Source: Microthrixaceae bacterium (lineage in GTDB: Bacteria; Actinomycetota; Acidimicrobiia; Acidimicrobiales; VFJN01). From it: a stretch of 64,000 nucleotides of DNA. A program made the position numbers and the translations under genes. The notes beneath the pieces are model-generated. The model had not been told where the DNA came from, did not search any database, and worked only from the letters and a program-made list of their open reading frames with translations. This document shows, piece after piece, positions 32,247-40,707 of this stretch (the first letter of the stretch is position 1; every line of letters begins with the position of its first letter). The DNA lies in assembly GCA_052390255.1 (NCBI GenBank), contig JBQTHC010000007.1, forward strand, positions 2,745-66,744, read 5' to 3'.

Positions 32247-32849
32247 ATGTTCACTCGACGCAACAAGGAGACGGGCGCCGCACAGCGACTCTCGAACAAT
32301 CAAAGGCTGATCGATCGACGGAGTCTGCTGGGCCTCGGGGGGGTGGCCGCGGCGACGGCCGTCGCCGGCGTGGTCGGAGCACCACCCGCCGGGGCAGCAG
32401 CAGGGGACAACATGATCGTTGGGGCTCCGAACGACGGTGGAGCCGCCACAACGGCTCTCTCCTCCGCTGCCACTGCCGGCGCACTCGACGTCTCAAGCAG
32501 CTCCATCGGTCCTGCCGTGAAGGCCACCGGGCGCCCGGTGCCTGCCGGCGGTGCGGTCGCGCTGGCTGGCAACGGCCCCGCTCTCTCAGTCCGCGGTATC
32601 GCCTCATTCACCCGAAGCGGCCGGTTCACGTTCCCGGTGGGTGCGCAGACGTTCTCCGTCGACGTTCCAGGCGGCGTGACGGCCAAGAGCATCGTTCTGG
32701 CAACCCTCCAGAACGTCTCCACGGGCGCCACCATCAAGACGGCGTCGCGCAACGCCTCGACGGGAAAGATCACGGTGACCCTCCTGAGTCCCGCCCCACC
32801 CTTCCCGTACACGCCCATCGTGGGCTGGCTGGTCGTCGACCTTCCCTGA
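32247..32849 (+). CDS. Tat-exported hypothetical protein
   Basis: DRRSLL twin-arginine signal with AxA site; Gly/Ala/Thr-rich beta-type body. Confidence 0.65.
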   Translation: MFTRRNKETGAAQRLSNNQRLIDRRSLLGLGGVAAATAVAGVVGAPPAGAAAGDNMIVGAPNDGGAATTALSSAATAGALDVSSSSIGPAVKATGRPVPAGGAVALAGNGPALSVRGIASFTRSGRFTFPVGAQTFSVDVPGGVTAKSIVLATLQNVSTGATIKTASRNASTGKITVTLLSPAPPFPYTPIVGWLVVDLP

Positions 32850-32934
32850 CCCCTGTGGCCGGGACGGCATAGCTGTCTGAGTGGTGCTCGCACCGGGTCG
32901 GTGTCCCGGGCGGCAGGGGACGCGCAGTTGGAGG

Positions 32935-33720
32935 TCAGGACAGGATCGTGCGGGTGTCGCTGATGAGGGTGACGAGTCCGATGACGGCGACGCTCAACCA
33001 CGCGCCCCGGACGAGGAAACCGAAGACCGGGTTGTCGCGGACCGGCGCGGGCGAGGGCGTCTGCCGGACGGCGGCCGCCACCCACCTCAGCGCCGCCACG
33101 ATCGCAACCATGATCACCATCGGTGGGGCGGCGAGGATGGTCACGATCGGCACGACCCAGCCTCGGCGGCCGCGGTTCACCCAGGCGTCTGGCCTGGCGA
33201 GGGCTTTCTCGAACGGCCCGATGAAGAACCCAAACACCGCTGGGATGAGGACGAAGAACGCAACGGCGAGCCACAGCGGCCGCAGGAGCTCGAAGTCGAC
33301 GCCGCCGGTGTGCACGAGCATCGACCCGACGACCGCACCCGCCCCGAGGGCGGAGGTGAGCCGCCGGAACCAGCCCGGGCCGAGCAGCCAGTGCTCGACC
33401 CAGCGGTAGGCGCACGCCCCGAGGAGGCCGAACAGCCCGGCGAAGGCGACGAGGCTGTGGGTGCCGCCCAAGGTCACCTGGCCGATGACGAACCCATCGT
33501 CACTGACGACACCGTTCACGTTGTCGGGCGACAGGAGCCGCAGGATCAGCATCGCCAAGCGTCCGCCCACGCCGCCGACGAGCGCCCCCAACCAGATCCC
33601 CGCCAGCACCGTGGCCCGGATCTCCACGATCGTCGAGCGCTCCCACGACCCGCTCGGCGCCATGGCGCTGATCCGGGCGCGTGGGCTGAGACGAGCGGAT
33701 CGATGTGCAGGGTCAGTCAT
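32935..33720 (-). CDS. Hypothetical multi-pass membrane protein (start uncertain)
   Basis: GALVGGVGGRLAMLILR, SDDGFVIG, DFELLRP; about 6 TM. Confidence 0.65.
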   Translation of the reverse strand: MTDPAHRSARLSPRARISAMAPSGSWERSTIVEIRATVLAGIWLGALVGGVGGRLAMLILRLLSPDNVNGVVSDDGFVIGQVTLGGTHSLVAFAGLFGLLGACAYRWVEHWLLGPGWFRRLTSALGAGAVVGSMLVHTGGVDFELLRPLWLAVAFFVLIPAVFGFFIGPFEKALARPDAWVNRGRRGWVVPIVTILAAPPMVIMVAIVAALRWVAAAVRQTPSPAPVRDNPVFGFLVRGAWLSVAVIGLVTLISDTRTILS

Positions 33721-33834
33721 CGCGACCTGCAGCTCTGATGCGTTCGGTGACCACGTGGAAGGGCTGGCATGGCTGGCGTGGTGTTGATGCGGGCCACCCA
33801 GGGAGGGTGGCCCGCATCGTGATCCGGTGGCGCC

Positions 33835-34359
33835 TCAGAACTCCACGGGCAGGCACGCCCACCGCGGTCCCGCAGCGCCCGTCACCTGGTCGGTGTGCTG
33901 GGCGTGGATGACGACCGAGCCGGCCGCCCCGGACGGGACGGTGAAGGGGACCGTCGCGACGGCGCTGCCGGTGCCGTTCGCCTTGACGGTGAAGTCAAGC
34001 CACACCTCGGTCTCGTCGGAGATGCCGCCACCGGCGTTGTAGTGGGGCCCAGCGGCGGCGCCATCGCCGGCGATGCAGCTCCCGACGTGGACGTGAGCCC
34101 CGAGCACCGTTCCGGCGGAGGCATGGTCGAGCCCCTGCACCTTGAGCGTGACGGTCGTCTGGCCGCCGGCTTCCACCGCAGTGACCTGAGCGGTGCCGTG
34201 ATCGGTGGGTTGCGTGGTGGCCGGCAGGAGATCGCGGAGCTCCCCGGCCCCCCTTGCCCTCGTGGGAGCGGTAGCCCCGGACGCCGAGGCAGTGAGGAGC
34301 AGGGCGGCCAGACCGCCTGCAATGGCGAAGAGCGGTCGAGTCGTGGTCCTTGCAGTCAT
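33835..34359 (-). CDS. Secreted Cu/Zn superoxide dismutase-like protein
   Basis: Signal peptide; GAHVHVGSC, AGPHYN, SVVIHA, G.R.AC; GGAG RBS. Confidence 0.8.
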   Translation of the reverse strand: MTARTTTRPLFAIAGGLAALLLTASASGATAPTRARGAGELRDLLPATTQPTDHGTAQVTAVEAGGQTTVTLKVQGLDHASAGTVLGAHVHVGSCIAGDGAAAGPHYNAGGGISDETEVWLDFTVKANGTGSAVATVPFTVPSGAAGSVVIHAQHTDQVTGAAGPRWACLPVEF

Positions 34360-34545
34360 GGTCGTCTCCATCTGGTGGGGGTCGGCGCCCATCATCCGAC
34401 CCGACCGTTACGGAAACGTCCCGGTTCGAGTCCGGAGCATCTCTGAGACGCGCACCCCGAAGGCCCTCCCTGCGTCGGGCCCTCTGGGGAGCTCGCTGTC
34501 CCACATCCGCGGAACACGACCGCACCACGGCGGGCAGGATGCCGC

Positions 34546-34935
34546 ATGGCCTTTCGACTGTCGGGAGCTGCTTTGGCGTTGGCCGCGATCTGGCTCGCCG
34601 GGTGCGGCTCGGACTCCGGGCCCTCGGGTGCCGCGTCGACGACCAGCACCGAATGTGCCAGCACGCTCGACACCACCAAGGTGCCGGTTCTCGTCATCGC
34701 GGACGACATCACGGCCGGAACAACCGCGGAGGATGCGATCGCCCGCGGCTCGTTGGTCGAGAAGGAGATCGCCGCGGGGTACCGACCAGCAACGGCCGTT
34801 GACTCGCTGGACGACATGACAGGAGGCGTCGCGATCGCGGACCTCGCCCCAAACCAGATCGTCGTCGTGAACCAGTGGGGGCTTCCAGCAGACGTCGCTG
34901 TAGGAAAGCCGCCGCAGTCGCTCTGCCCGCGTTGA
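34546..34935 (+). CDS. Lipoprotein with SAF (CpaB-like) domain
   Basis: Lipobox LAGC; VLVIADDITAGT...A..DLAPNQIV. Confidence 0.6.
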   Translation: MAFRLSGAALALAAIWLAGCGSDSGPSGAASTTSTECASTLDTTKVPVLVIADDITAGTTAEDAIARGSLVEKEIAAGYRPATAVDSLDDMTGGVAIADLAPNQIVVVNQWGLPADVAVGKPPQSLCPR

Positions 34936-34987
34936 GCCCCTCCGAACCGGTTCGACCGCTGCTGACCATGCGTGGCGCGAGCATTGG

Positions 34988-35746
34988 GTGATGGAGGAGA
35001 TCGAGCTGCAGGCTGGCCCGCACCGACCGGTGCATCGCGTCGGCGACACGGTCCGGCGACAGCCTGGCTGGTGGACGCCGGCGGTGTACGACCTACTTCG
35101 GTACCTGAGCGAAAGCGGGTTCGGGCTTTCGCCGGCGCCACTGGGCACCGACGAACAGGGCCGCGAGGTCCTGTCGTACATCGAGGGCGAGTCGGGTCGG
35201 GGCACGTGGCGCCTCATCGTCGGTGACGACGGCCTGGCCGCGTTTGCATCGACGCTCCGTTGCTTCCACGACGCCGTCGCTGGCTACCGACCCCCAGCGA
35301 GCGCCGAATGGGCCTACGGGCGGCTGCCCCTGGGACCGGGTGAGGTCATCTGCCATGGCGACTTCGGTCCCTGGAACCTCGTCTGGCGCGATGGCGTTCC
35401 TGTCGGGATCCTGGACTGGGATCTCGCCTACCCCGGCCCTGCGCTCGACGACGTCGCCTACGCCCTCGTGTACAGCACACCGTTCCGTGACGACGACCAC
35501 GCCGTCCGATGGCAGGCCTACCCGGAGCCACCCGACCGCCACCACCGGATCGAAGTCTTCGCCGAGGCCTACGGAATCCCGACCGGCGGCCTCGTTGACG
35601 CCGTAGTTGCCCGGCAGCGCAAGACCGCCGACCACACCCGCGTCCTCAAGGCGCGCGGTCTCATCGCACCATGGACCACCACCGCCTCCGTCGCACAGAA
35701 CGACCTACTCGCCGACTGGTCCGACACCCATCGACACCTCTTCTGA
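34988..35746 (+). CDS. Aminoglycoside-phosphotransferase-like kinase
   Basis: VGDTVRR, ICHGDFGPWN, ILDWD. Confidence 0.85.
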   Translation: MMEEIELQAGPHRPVHRVGDTVRRQPGWWTPAVYDLLRYLSESGFGLSPAPLGTDEQGREVLSYIEGESGRGTWRLIVGDDGLAAFASTLRCFHDAVAGYRPPASAEWAYGRLPLGPGEVICHGDFGPWNLVWRDGVPVGILDWDLAYPGPALDDVAYALVYSTPFRDDDHAVRWQAYPEPPDRHHRIEVFAEAYGIPTGGLVDAVVARQRKTADHTRVLKARGLIAPWTTTASVAQNDLLADWSDTHRHLF

Positions 35747-35895
35747 AGGCCATTGGTGGGTGTCGTGCCGCCTAGCGCGCAGCGCCGGGGCGGCAGAGGT
35801 CGGGCGCAGTCGAGTGAGTTGGATGCTGATTGGCTGCCGCGCTCGCTGCCCGCAGGACGCGGCCTGTCGTAGCCGGGTATTGACCGGCGTCGCTG

Positions 35896-36441
35896 TTGGC
35901 GCTCCAGCTGCGCGTCGGCCAGGCTCGACGAGTGCGTCGGAGCCCAGGACTCGCAATTGCGGTGGCGGGGTGCATCACGATCGCCGCGTGTAGCGGCGGC
36001 AACGACGACGGCAGCGCCACGACGACGAGCTTCGAGTCGTACGTCCCACCCGCCGGACCCTCCCTCGGCGAGTGGCAGGCGCAGACGATCGCTGTGTGTG
36101 AAGAGTATGAGCCCCAACAGGACGCGATCGTGGCTGCCCACGGCGACGTCTCATCGCTGGATGACATCGTGGCCCTGATCGACGAGTTGGAGCCGGTGGT
36201 CAGCGCGTACATCACCGAGCTGAACGGCATCCCGGTGCCTGCCGCGCGACGGTCCGACGTCGAACGCACCTACGAGCTCAACTCCCTCAACGGGGCGGCG
36301 GCTCAGCAGCTTCGAGCGGCTGCGGCAGCAGGCGACGAGAGCGGCGCGCGCGCTGCATCAGGCGCGCTCAACAGCCAGAGCGCCCAACTCAAGGCGCTGC
36401 TGCTCGACCTCGAGGTCGACGCCTGCGCCGATGCCGACTAG
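35896..36441 (+). CDS. Hypothetical lipoprotein (start uncertain)
   Basis: Hydrophobic stretch and IAAC lipobox; helical body with a Cys pair. Confidence 0.6.
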   Translation: MALQLRVGQARRVRRSPGLAIAVAGCITIAACSGGNDDGSATTTSFESYVPPAGPSLGEWQAQTIAVCEEYEPQQDAIVAAHGDVSSLDDIVALIDELEPVVSAYITELNGIPVPAARRSDVERTYELNSLNGAAAQQLRAAAAAGDESGARAASGALNSQSAQLKALLLDLEVDACADAD

Positions 36442-36542
36442 CGGTCTCTGCTGCCCGGCGCTCGCCCACACGTCCGCGGGTGTTCCGTCGACCGTGCGCC
36501 TGAATCGCGGCAGCAGGGGTGCGCTTAGGACAGAGTTGGTGA

Positions 36543-36701
36543 ATGAAGCTCCCCACGAACCGTTACGACGAAGGAACCTCCGAACGGGAGGTCCTTCTGG
36601 CCATCTTCGAGGAGCTCCGGGCGATCAAGGTCGCCATCGTCCTCGGCACGATCGTCGCGGTCCCTCTGATGCTGTTGGGCATCCTCGAGCTGCTCTCGTA
36701 A
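36543..36701 (+). CDS. 52-aa single-TM small protein (absent from ORF track)
   Basis: MKLPTNRYDEGTSEREVLLAIFEELRAIKVAIVLGTIVAVPLMLLGILELLS*; GC-rich third positions. Confidence 0.5.
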   Translation: MKLPTNRYDEGTSEREVLLAIFEELRAIKVAIVLGTIVAVPLMLLGILELLS

Positions 36702-36719
36702 GCCACCAACCCCTCGCCG

Positions 36720-37367
36720 ATGGTGGGGAAACCAGTGAGCCCGGGACAGGTGACTGACGGCATGGTCGGCGACGATCGCGCGGCGGTGGTGTGGGCGGTC
36801 TTCGGTGCGCAGACGCCCACGGGGATGCTCGTGACGGAACGGATGAGCCGGGACGAGGAGCCCACGGTGACCGATGAGCTCCTCGTCGCCATCCGCGCGG
36901 AGTGGGAGGCGGCCGGCCGGCCGATGGTGCGGCCCCATGCCCACCGCGACGAGGTGACCTTCGCCGATGGCACCACGGTTGTCGGCGTCCGGTTTCTCGT
37001 CGACAACCCCTACAAGCGCGACCATGCGCCAACGTTCGGGCTCTACTTCGATCAGCGCTGGGCGCCGCCATGGGACCACGCCCATCTGCCGTGGGCCGAC
37101 TTCGGCGTGCCCGACGCCATCGAGCTGCGCGTCGCGCTCGAGGACGTGCTGGATCGCTCGCGTCGCGGTGAGCACGTCGAGGTGGGTTGCCTCGGAGGAC
37201 ACGGGCGCACGGGCACCGCTCTGGCGTGCCTCGCTGTGCTGACTGGAACACCCGCCGGCGAGGCGGTCGCGTGGGTTCGCGCCACCTACTGCGAGAAGGC
37301 GGTCGAGACCGACGAGCAGCAGGCGTTCGTCGCCGCGTTCCATCGGGAACCCAACAGCGACCGATAG
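36720..37367 (+). CDS. Protein-tyrosine/dual-specificity phosphatase family (start uncertain)
   Basis: WADFGVP acid loop; CLGGHGRTG CX5R motif; AVET..Q. Confidence 0.85.
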   Translation: MVGKPVSPGQVTDGMVGDDRAAVVWAVFGAQTPTGMLVTERMSRDEEPTVTDELLVAIRAEWEAAGRPMVRPHAHRDEVTFADGTTVVGVRFLVDNPYKRDHAPTFGLYFDQRWAPPWDHAHLPWADFGVPDAIELRVALEDVLDRSRRGEHVEVGCLGGHGRTGTALACLAVLTGTPAGEAVAWVRATYCEKAVETDEQQAFVAAFHREPNSDR

Positions 37368-37406
37368 CGCGCAGCTCTTCCGCTGCCGACCCTGAGGGGG
37401 CACAGT

Positions 37407-37868
37407 GTGTCGATGGGCCTCGTGGCGGACCCGGCTGTTGAAGCGCGTTCGGTGTGGCTCGTCCCGCTGCTGGCCCTGCTGACGGGTGCGGTAGCGGTGC
37501 TTGCCCTGGGACGAGCAGAGTTCACCGCACACCCGACCGTCGAGCTGTACACGACCGAAGGCTTGATGCCGGGCGTCTTGGTCGAGCAGGTGAACGTTCG
37601 ATGCTCGGGATTGTTCGGATCGCGGCCAAGCGCGGGGTTCGTGTCCGACTCCGGCGAGACGTTGTTCTTCAACGAGGCGAGTCCGACCTATCCCGACGCG
37701 GAGGTCCTCTGCAGCGACGCTCTCGGCGGCCGCTGGCGGCGCCTTCTCGTCGTCGGCCTGTTCACAACCTTCATTGCAGGTGGCGCGACCGCGATCCAGC
37801 TGGTGCGCCGCCGGCGGCACGATTGGGCGCCGGGCAGCTCGAACAATGCTCACGCCGAGGCGGAGTGA
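37407..37868 (+). CDS. Hypothetical 2-TM membrane protein
   Basis: Two hydrophobic helices flanking a loop with two Cys. Confidence 0.5.
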   Translation: MSMGLVADPAVEARSVWLVPLLALLTGAVAVLALGRAEFTAHPTVELYTTEGLMPGVLVEQVNVRCSGLFGSRPSAGFVSDSGETLFFNEASPTYPDAEVLCSDALGGRWRRLLVVGLFTTFIAGGATAIQLVRRRRHDWAPGSSNNAHAEAE

Positions 37869-37875
37869 GCACTCG

Positions 37876-38262
37876 TGGAGCTGGAGGGAATCGAACCCTC
37901 GTCCGCCAAGCGGTCGACGTCCGCGCTACGACCATTCCCGAGATCACGCCACTACGGCTGGCGCACCGCCGGGTCGGGGGAGCACGCAAGGTGCTCGCCG
38001 CCGAGTCTTTCCTCGATGCCAGCGGTCTTTCCCGCCGTCAGTGGTCTCTCCCTCCCGTCCGCCGCTGCTTCTGTTGCCGGGCTGCAGCGACCTGGCCCCG
38101 TGTGCCGTCACCGGTCACTGGTGCTCTCCACGACCTAGTCGGAACTAGGCAGCGAGGGCGTACTGCTCGTTGGCAGTTGTTGTTGTGCCCCGATTAACGA
38201 GTCTGAGCAACTCGAGTCGCACGAATCGCCGAGCAGTCTCAACGTCGAAACCGATCAGCCCC
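37876..38262 (-). ncRNA. ssrA: tmRNA, tag peptide (A)ANEQYALAA
   Basis: 5' GGGGCTGATCGGTTTCGAC; 3' GGTTCGATTCCCTCCAGCTCCA; tag ORF GCC AAC GAG CAG TAC GCC CTC GCT GCC TAG; adjacent to smpB. Confidence 0.96.
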
Positions 38263-38340
38263 TGGAAAGGGTGTTCTCAAGGATCTCCCCGATCACTCGG
38301 GGCATCCCAGGGTACCGGGCCGTCGTGACCGACACCTCGT

Positions 38341-38811
38341 TCAATCCCCGCGGTCGCCTCGTTTGGCGCGGGCGACGTCGAGCGCCGCGTCGCGCTCGGC
38401 GATCACCTGGCGCTTGTCGTAGGTGCGTCGACCCTTGGCGAGACCGAGCTCCACCTTGGCCCTGCCGTCCTTGAAGTAGATCGACAGCGGGATGAGCGAC
38501 AGGTGCTCGGGATCGACGCGCGCCTTGAGCCGCATGATCTCGTGGTGGTGCAGGAGCAGCTTTCGCTTCTGGTCGGGGTCGTGCCCGGTGTGCGACTGCG
38601 AGTACAGCCACGGCGCGATGTGCAGCTGGTGCAGCCACACCTCGTTTCCGTCGATGCGCGCGAACGCGTCGGTGATCTGCACCTTCGCGTCGCGCAGCGA
38701 CTTGACCTCGCTCCCGCGCAGCACGATGCCGGCCTCGATCGTCTCGAGAATCTCGTAGTTGCGGCGAGCTTGCCGGTTGCTCGCGATCGGCTTGGTCCCG
38801 GTCGGCTTCAT
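38341..38811 (-). CDS. smpB: SsrA-binding protein
   Basis: NRQARRNY, EAGIVLRGSEVKSLR, RKLLLH, KGRRTYDKR. Confidence 0.96.
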   Translation of the reverse strand: MKPTGTKPIASNRQARRNYEILETIEAGIVLRGSEVKSLRDAKVQITDAFARIDGNEVWLHQLHIAPWLYSQSHTGHDPDQKRKLLLHHHEIMRLKARVDPEHLSLIPLSIYFKDGRAKVELGLAKGRRTYDKRQVIAERDAALDVARAKRGDRGD

Positions 38812-38869
38812 GGGGTCGCTCAGGCTACCGGTCGAGGCGCGGCGCAGAGCCGCCGGTACCCTTCCGCCC

Positions 38870-39277
38870 GTGCTGCTGCTGACGGACGCCACGTGGGCTC
38901 AGATGGTGGGGCACGCCTACGACGGGCTCCCCGATGAGGCGTGCGGACTGCTCGCCGGTCCGCCGGGCACGAGCCGGTGCACTGCGTTCTACCGCTGCCG
39001 CAACGCGGCCGAGTCGAGCCGCGTCTACACGATCGATCCGAAGGACCACCTGCGCGCCGACCGGGACGCCGAGGCGCGGGGTCTCGAGATCATCGGAGTC
39101 ATGCACTCCCACACCCACACCGACGCGTACCCGTCGCCCACCGACGTGGCGCAGGCGCCCGATCCGGGCTGGCACTACGTGATCGTGTCGCTGCGCGACG
39201 AGGCGCCGATGCTGCACTCGTACCGCATCGTCGACGCCCAGATCGCCGAGGAGGCGGTGTCCCGGATCGGCGGCTGA
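38870..39277 (+). CDS. mec: JAB/M67 metallopeptidase (Mec-like)
   Basis: PDEACGLL, HSHTHTDAYPSPTD JAMM motif; precedes cysM. Confidence 0.85.
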   Translation: MLLLTDATWAQMVGHAYDGLPDEACGLLAGPPGTSRCTAFYRCRNAAESSRVYTIDPKDHLRADRDAEARGLEIIGVMHSHTHTDAYPSPTDVAQAPDPGWHYVIVSLRDEAPMLHSYRIVDAQIAEEAVSRIGG

Positions 39278-39353
39278 CCCGCCGAGGGTGGTTTCCCGGG
39301 GCGAGTCACGTAGAATCCTGAGTGAACGAGTCGACTTTCCCTCCGGAGCACCC

Positions 39354-40307
39354 GTGGCCGTCTACGAATCAGCGCTCGATCTCATCGGCAACACGCCCGT
39401 CGTCGACATCTCCCAGCTGAGCCCGAACCCGAACGTCCGCATCCTCGCCAAGCTCGAGGGGCAGAACCCTGGCGGATCGGTGAAGGACCGGGCGGCCAAG
39501 CAGATGATCGTCGACGCGGAAAAGGACGGGATCCTCACGCCCGGCTCCGGGCAGGTGATCCTCGAGTCGTCCTCGGGCAACACCGGCATCGCGCTCGCGA
39601 TGATCTCCAAGGTCCAGGGCTATGCGCTCAAGGTCGTGCTGCCCGACAACGTGTCCACCGAGCGCCGCCAGCTCCTCGAGTCCTGGGGCGCGGAGATCAT
39701 CGACAGCCCGGGCGCCGAGGGTTCCAACGGCGCGATGCGCCGGGCGACGGCGATGGCGGCCGAGCACCCCGACTGGTGGTTCCCGTTCCAGTACGGCAAC
39801 CCGTCGAACCCCAAGGCGCACTACGAGGGAACCGGCCCAGAGATCTGGCGTGACGTCCCCGAGCTCACGCACTTCATCGCGGGCCTCGGCACGGCGGGCA
39901 CGCTGATGGGCGTAGGTCGGTTCCTCAAGGAGCAGAACCCCGACGTGCAGCTCTGGGCCATCGAGCCGCCCGCGGGGGAGATGGTCGACGGGCTCAAGAA
40001 CTTCGACGAGGGCTACGTGCCGCCCGTGTTCGTCGACAACGACGGCTACGACATGCTCAACCGTCGTCTCATCGTGCGCCCGCGTGAGTCGATCGAGTGG
40101 ACCCGTCGCCTGACCGAGGTCGGGATCTTCGCGGGCATCTCGTCAGGCGCGATCCTCGCCGGTGCGGTGAAGGCCGCGGGCCTCATCGAAGAGGGCACGA
40201 TCGTGATGATCGTGTGCGACGGCGGCTGGAAGTACCTCTCGGCCGGCGTGTGGACCGACGACATCGACGTCGTCGAAGCCCGCGCGAAGGCCACGATCTA
40301 CTTCTGA
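39354..40307 (+). CDS. cysM: PLP-dependent cysteine synthase (CysM-type)
   Basis: KLEGQNPGGSVKDR, SSGNTG, GLGTAGT, DGGWKYLS. Confidence 0.88.
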   Translation: MAVYESALDLIGNTPVVDISQLSPNPNVRILAKLEGQNPGGSVKDRAAKQMIVDAEKDGILTPGSGQVILESSSGNTGIALAMISKVQGYALKVVLPDNVSTERRQLLESWGAEIIDSPGAEGSNGAMRRATAMAAEHPDWWFPFQYGNPSNPKAHYEGTGPEIWRDVPELTHFIAGLGTAGTLMGVGRFLKEQNPDVQLWAIEPPAGEMVDGLKNFDEGYVPPVFVDNDGYDMLNRRLIVRPRESIEWTRRLTEVGIFAGISSGAILAGAVKAAGLIEEGTIVMIVCDGGWKYLSAGVWTDDIDVVEARAKATIYF

Positions 40308-40316
40308 GGCGCGTCG

Positions 40317-40670
40317 CTACAAGAGCGCCTCGACCGCTTCGGGCGGTCGGCCCAGCACCGCGCGCCCATCGGCGGTGACCAGGATGGGCCGCTCGATGAG
40401 CACCGGGTTCGCCACCATCAGCTCGATCCAGCGCGCGCGGTCGTGTGGCTCGTCGCGGAGCTTCAGCTGCTTGGCGATGTCCTCACCCATCCGCGCGATG
40501 TCCCAGGGCTCCTTGCCGAGGGCCGTCAGCACCGCGTCGAACTCCGCGGCCGTGGGCGGGTCATCGAGGTAGCGCCGTTCGGTGAACGCGACGCCTGCAG
40601 CTTCGAGGATCTCTCGCGCGCCGCGGCTCTTGGAGCAGCGCTGGTTGTGCCACAGGGTGAGGTCGGCCAT
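40317..40670 (-). CDS. ArsC/Spx family protein
   Basis: HNQRCSKSR, NPVLIERPI, LGRPPE. Confidence 0.88.
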   Translation of the reverse strand: MADLTLWHNQRCSKSRGAREILEAAGVAFTERRYLDDPPTAAEFDAVLTALGKEPWDIARMGEDIAKQLKLRDEPHDRARWIELMVANPVLIERPILVTADGRAVLGRPPEAVEALL

Positions 40671-40707
40671 GGGCCGATCGTACGCGCCCGCGCCGTAACC
40701 TCCGACC

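Noticed and set aside
34420-34436. CCCGGTTCGAGTCCGGA resembling a tRNA T-arm fragment
   Set aside because: No matching acceptor strand, and no identity to any tRNA or tmRNA in the window
34988-35746. Antibiotic resistance call for the APH-like gene
   Set aside because: Only generic kinase motifs; the substrate cannot be inferred
30328-37868. Anti-phage defence island suggested by the WYL regulator
   Set aside because: The WYL protein is YafY-type paired with a DinB-like gene; no nuclease, helicase, RM or toxin-antitoxin genes recognised
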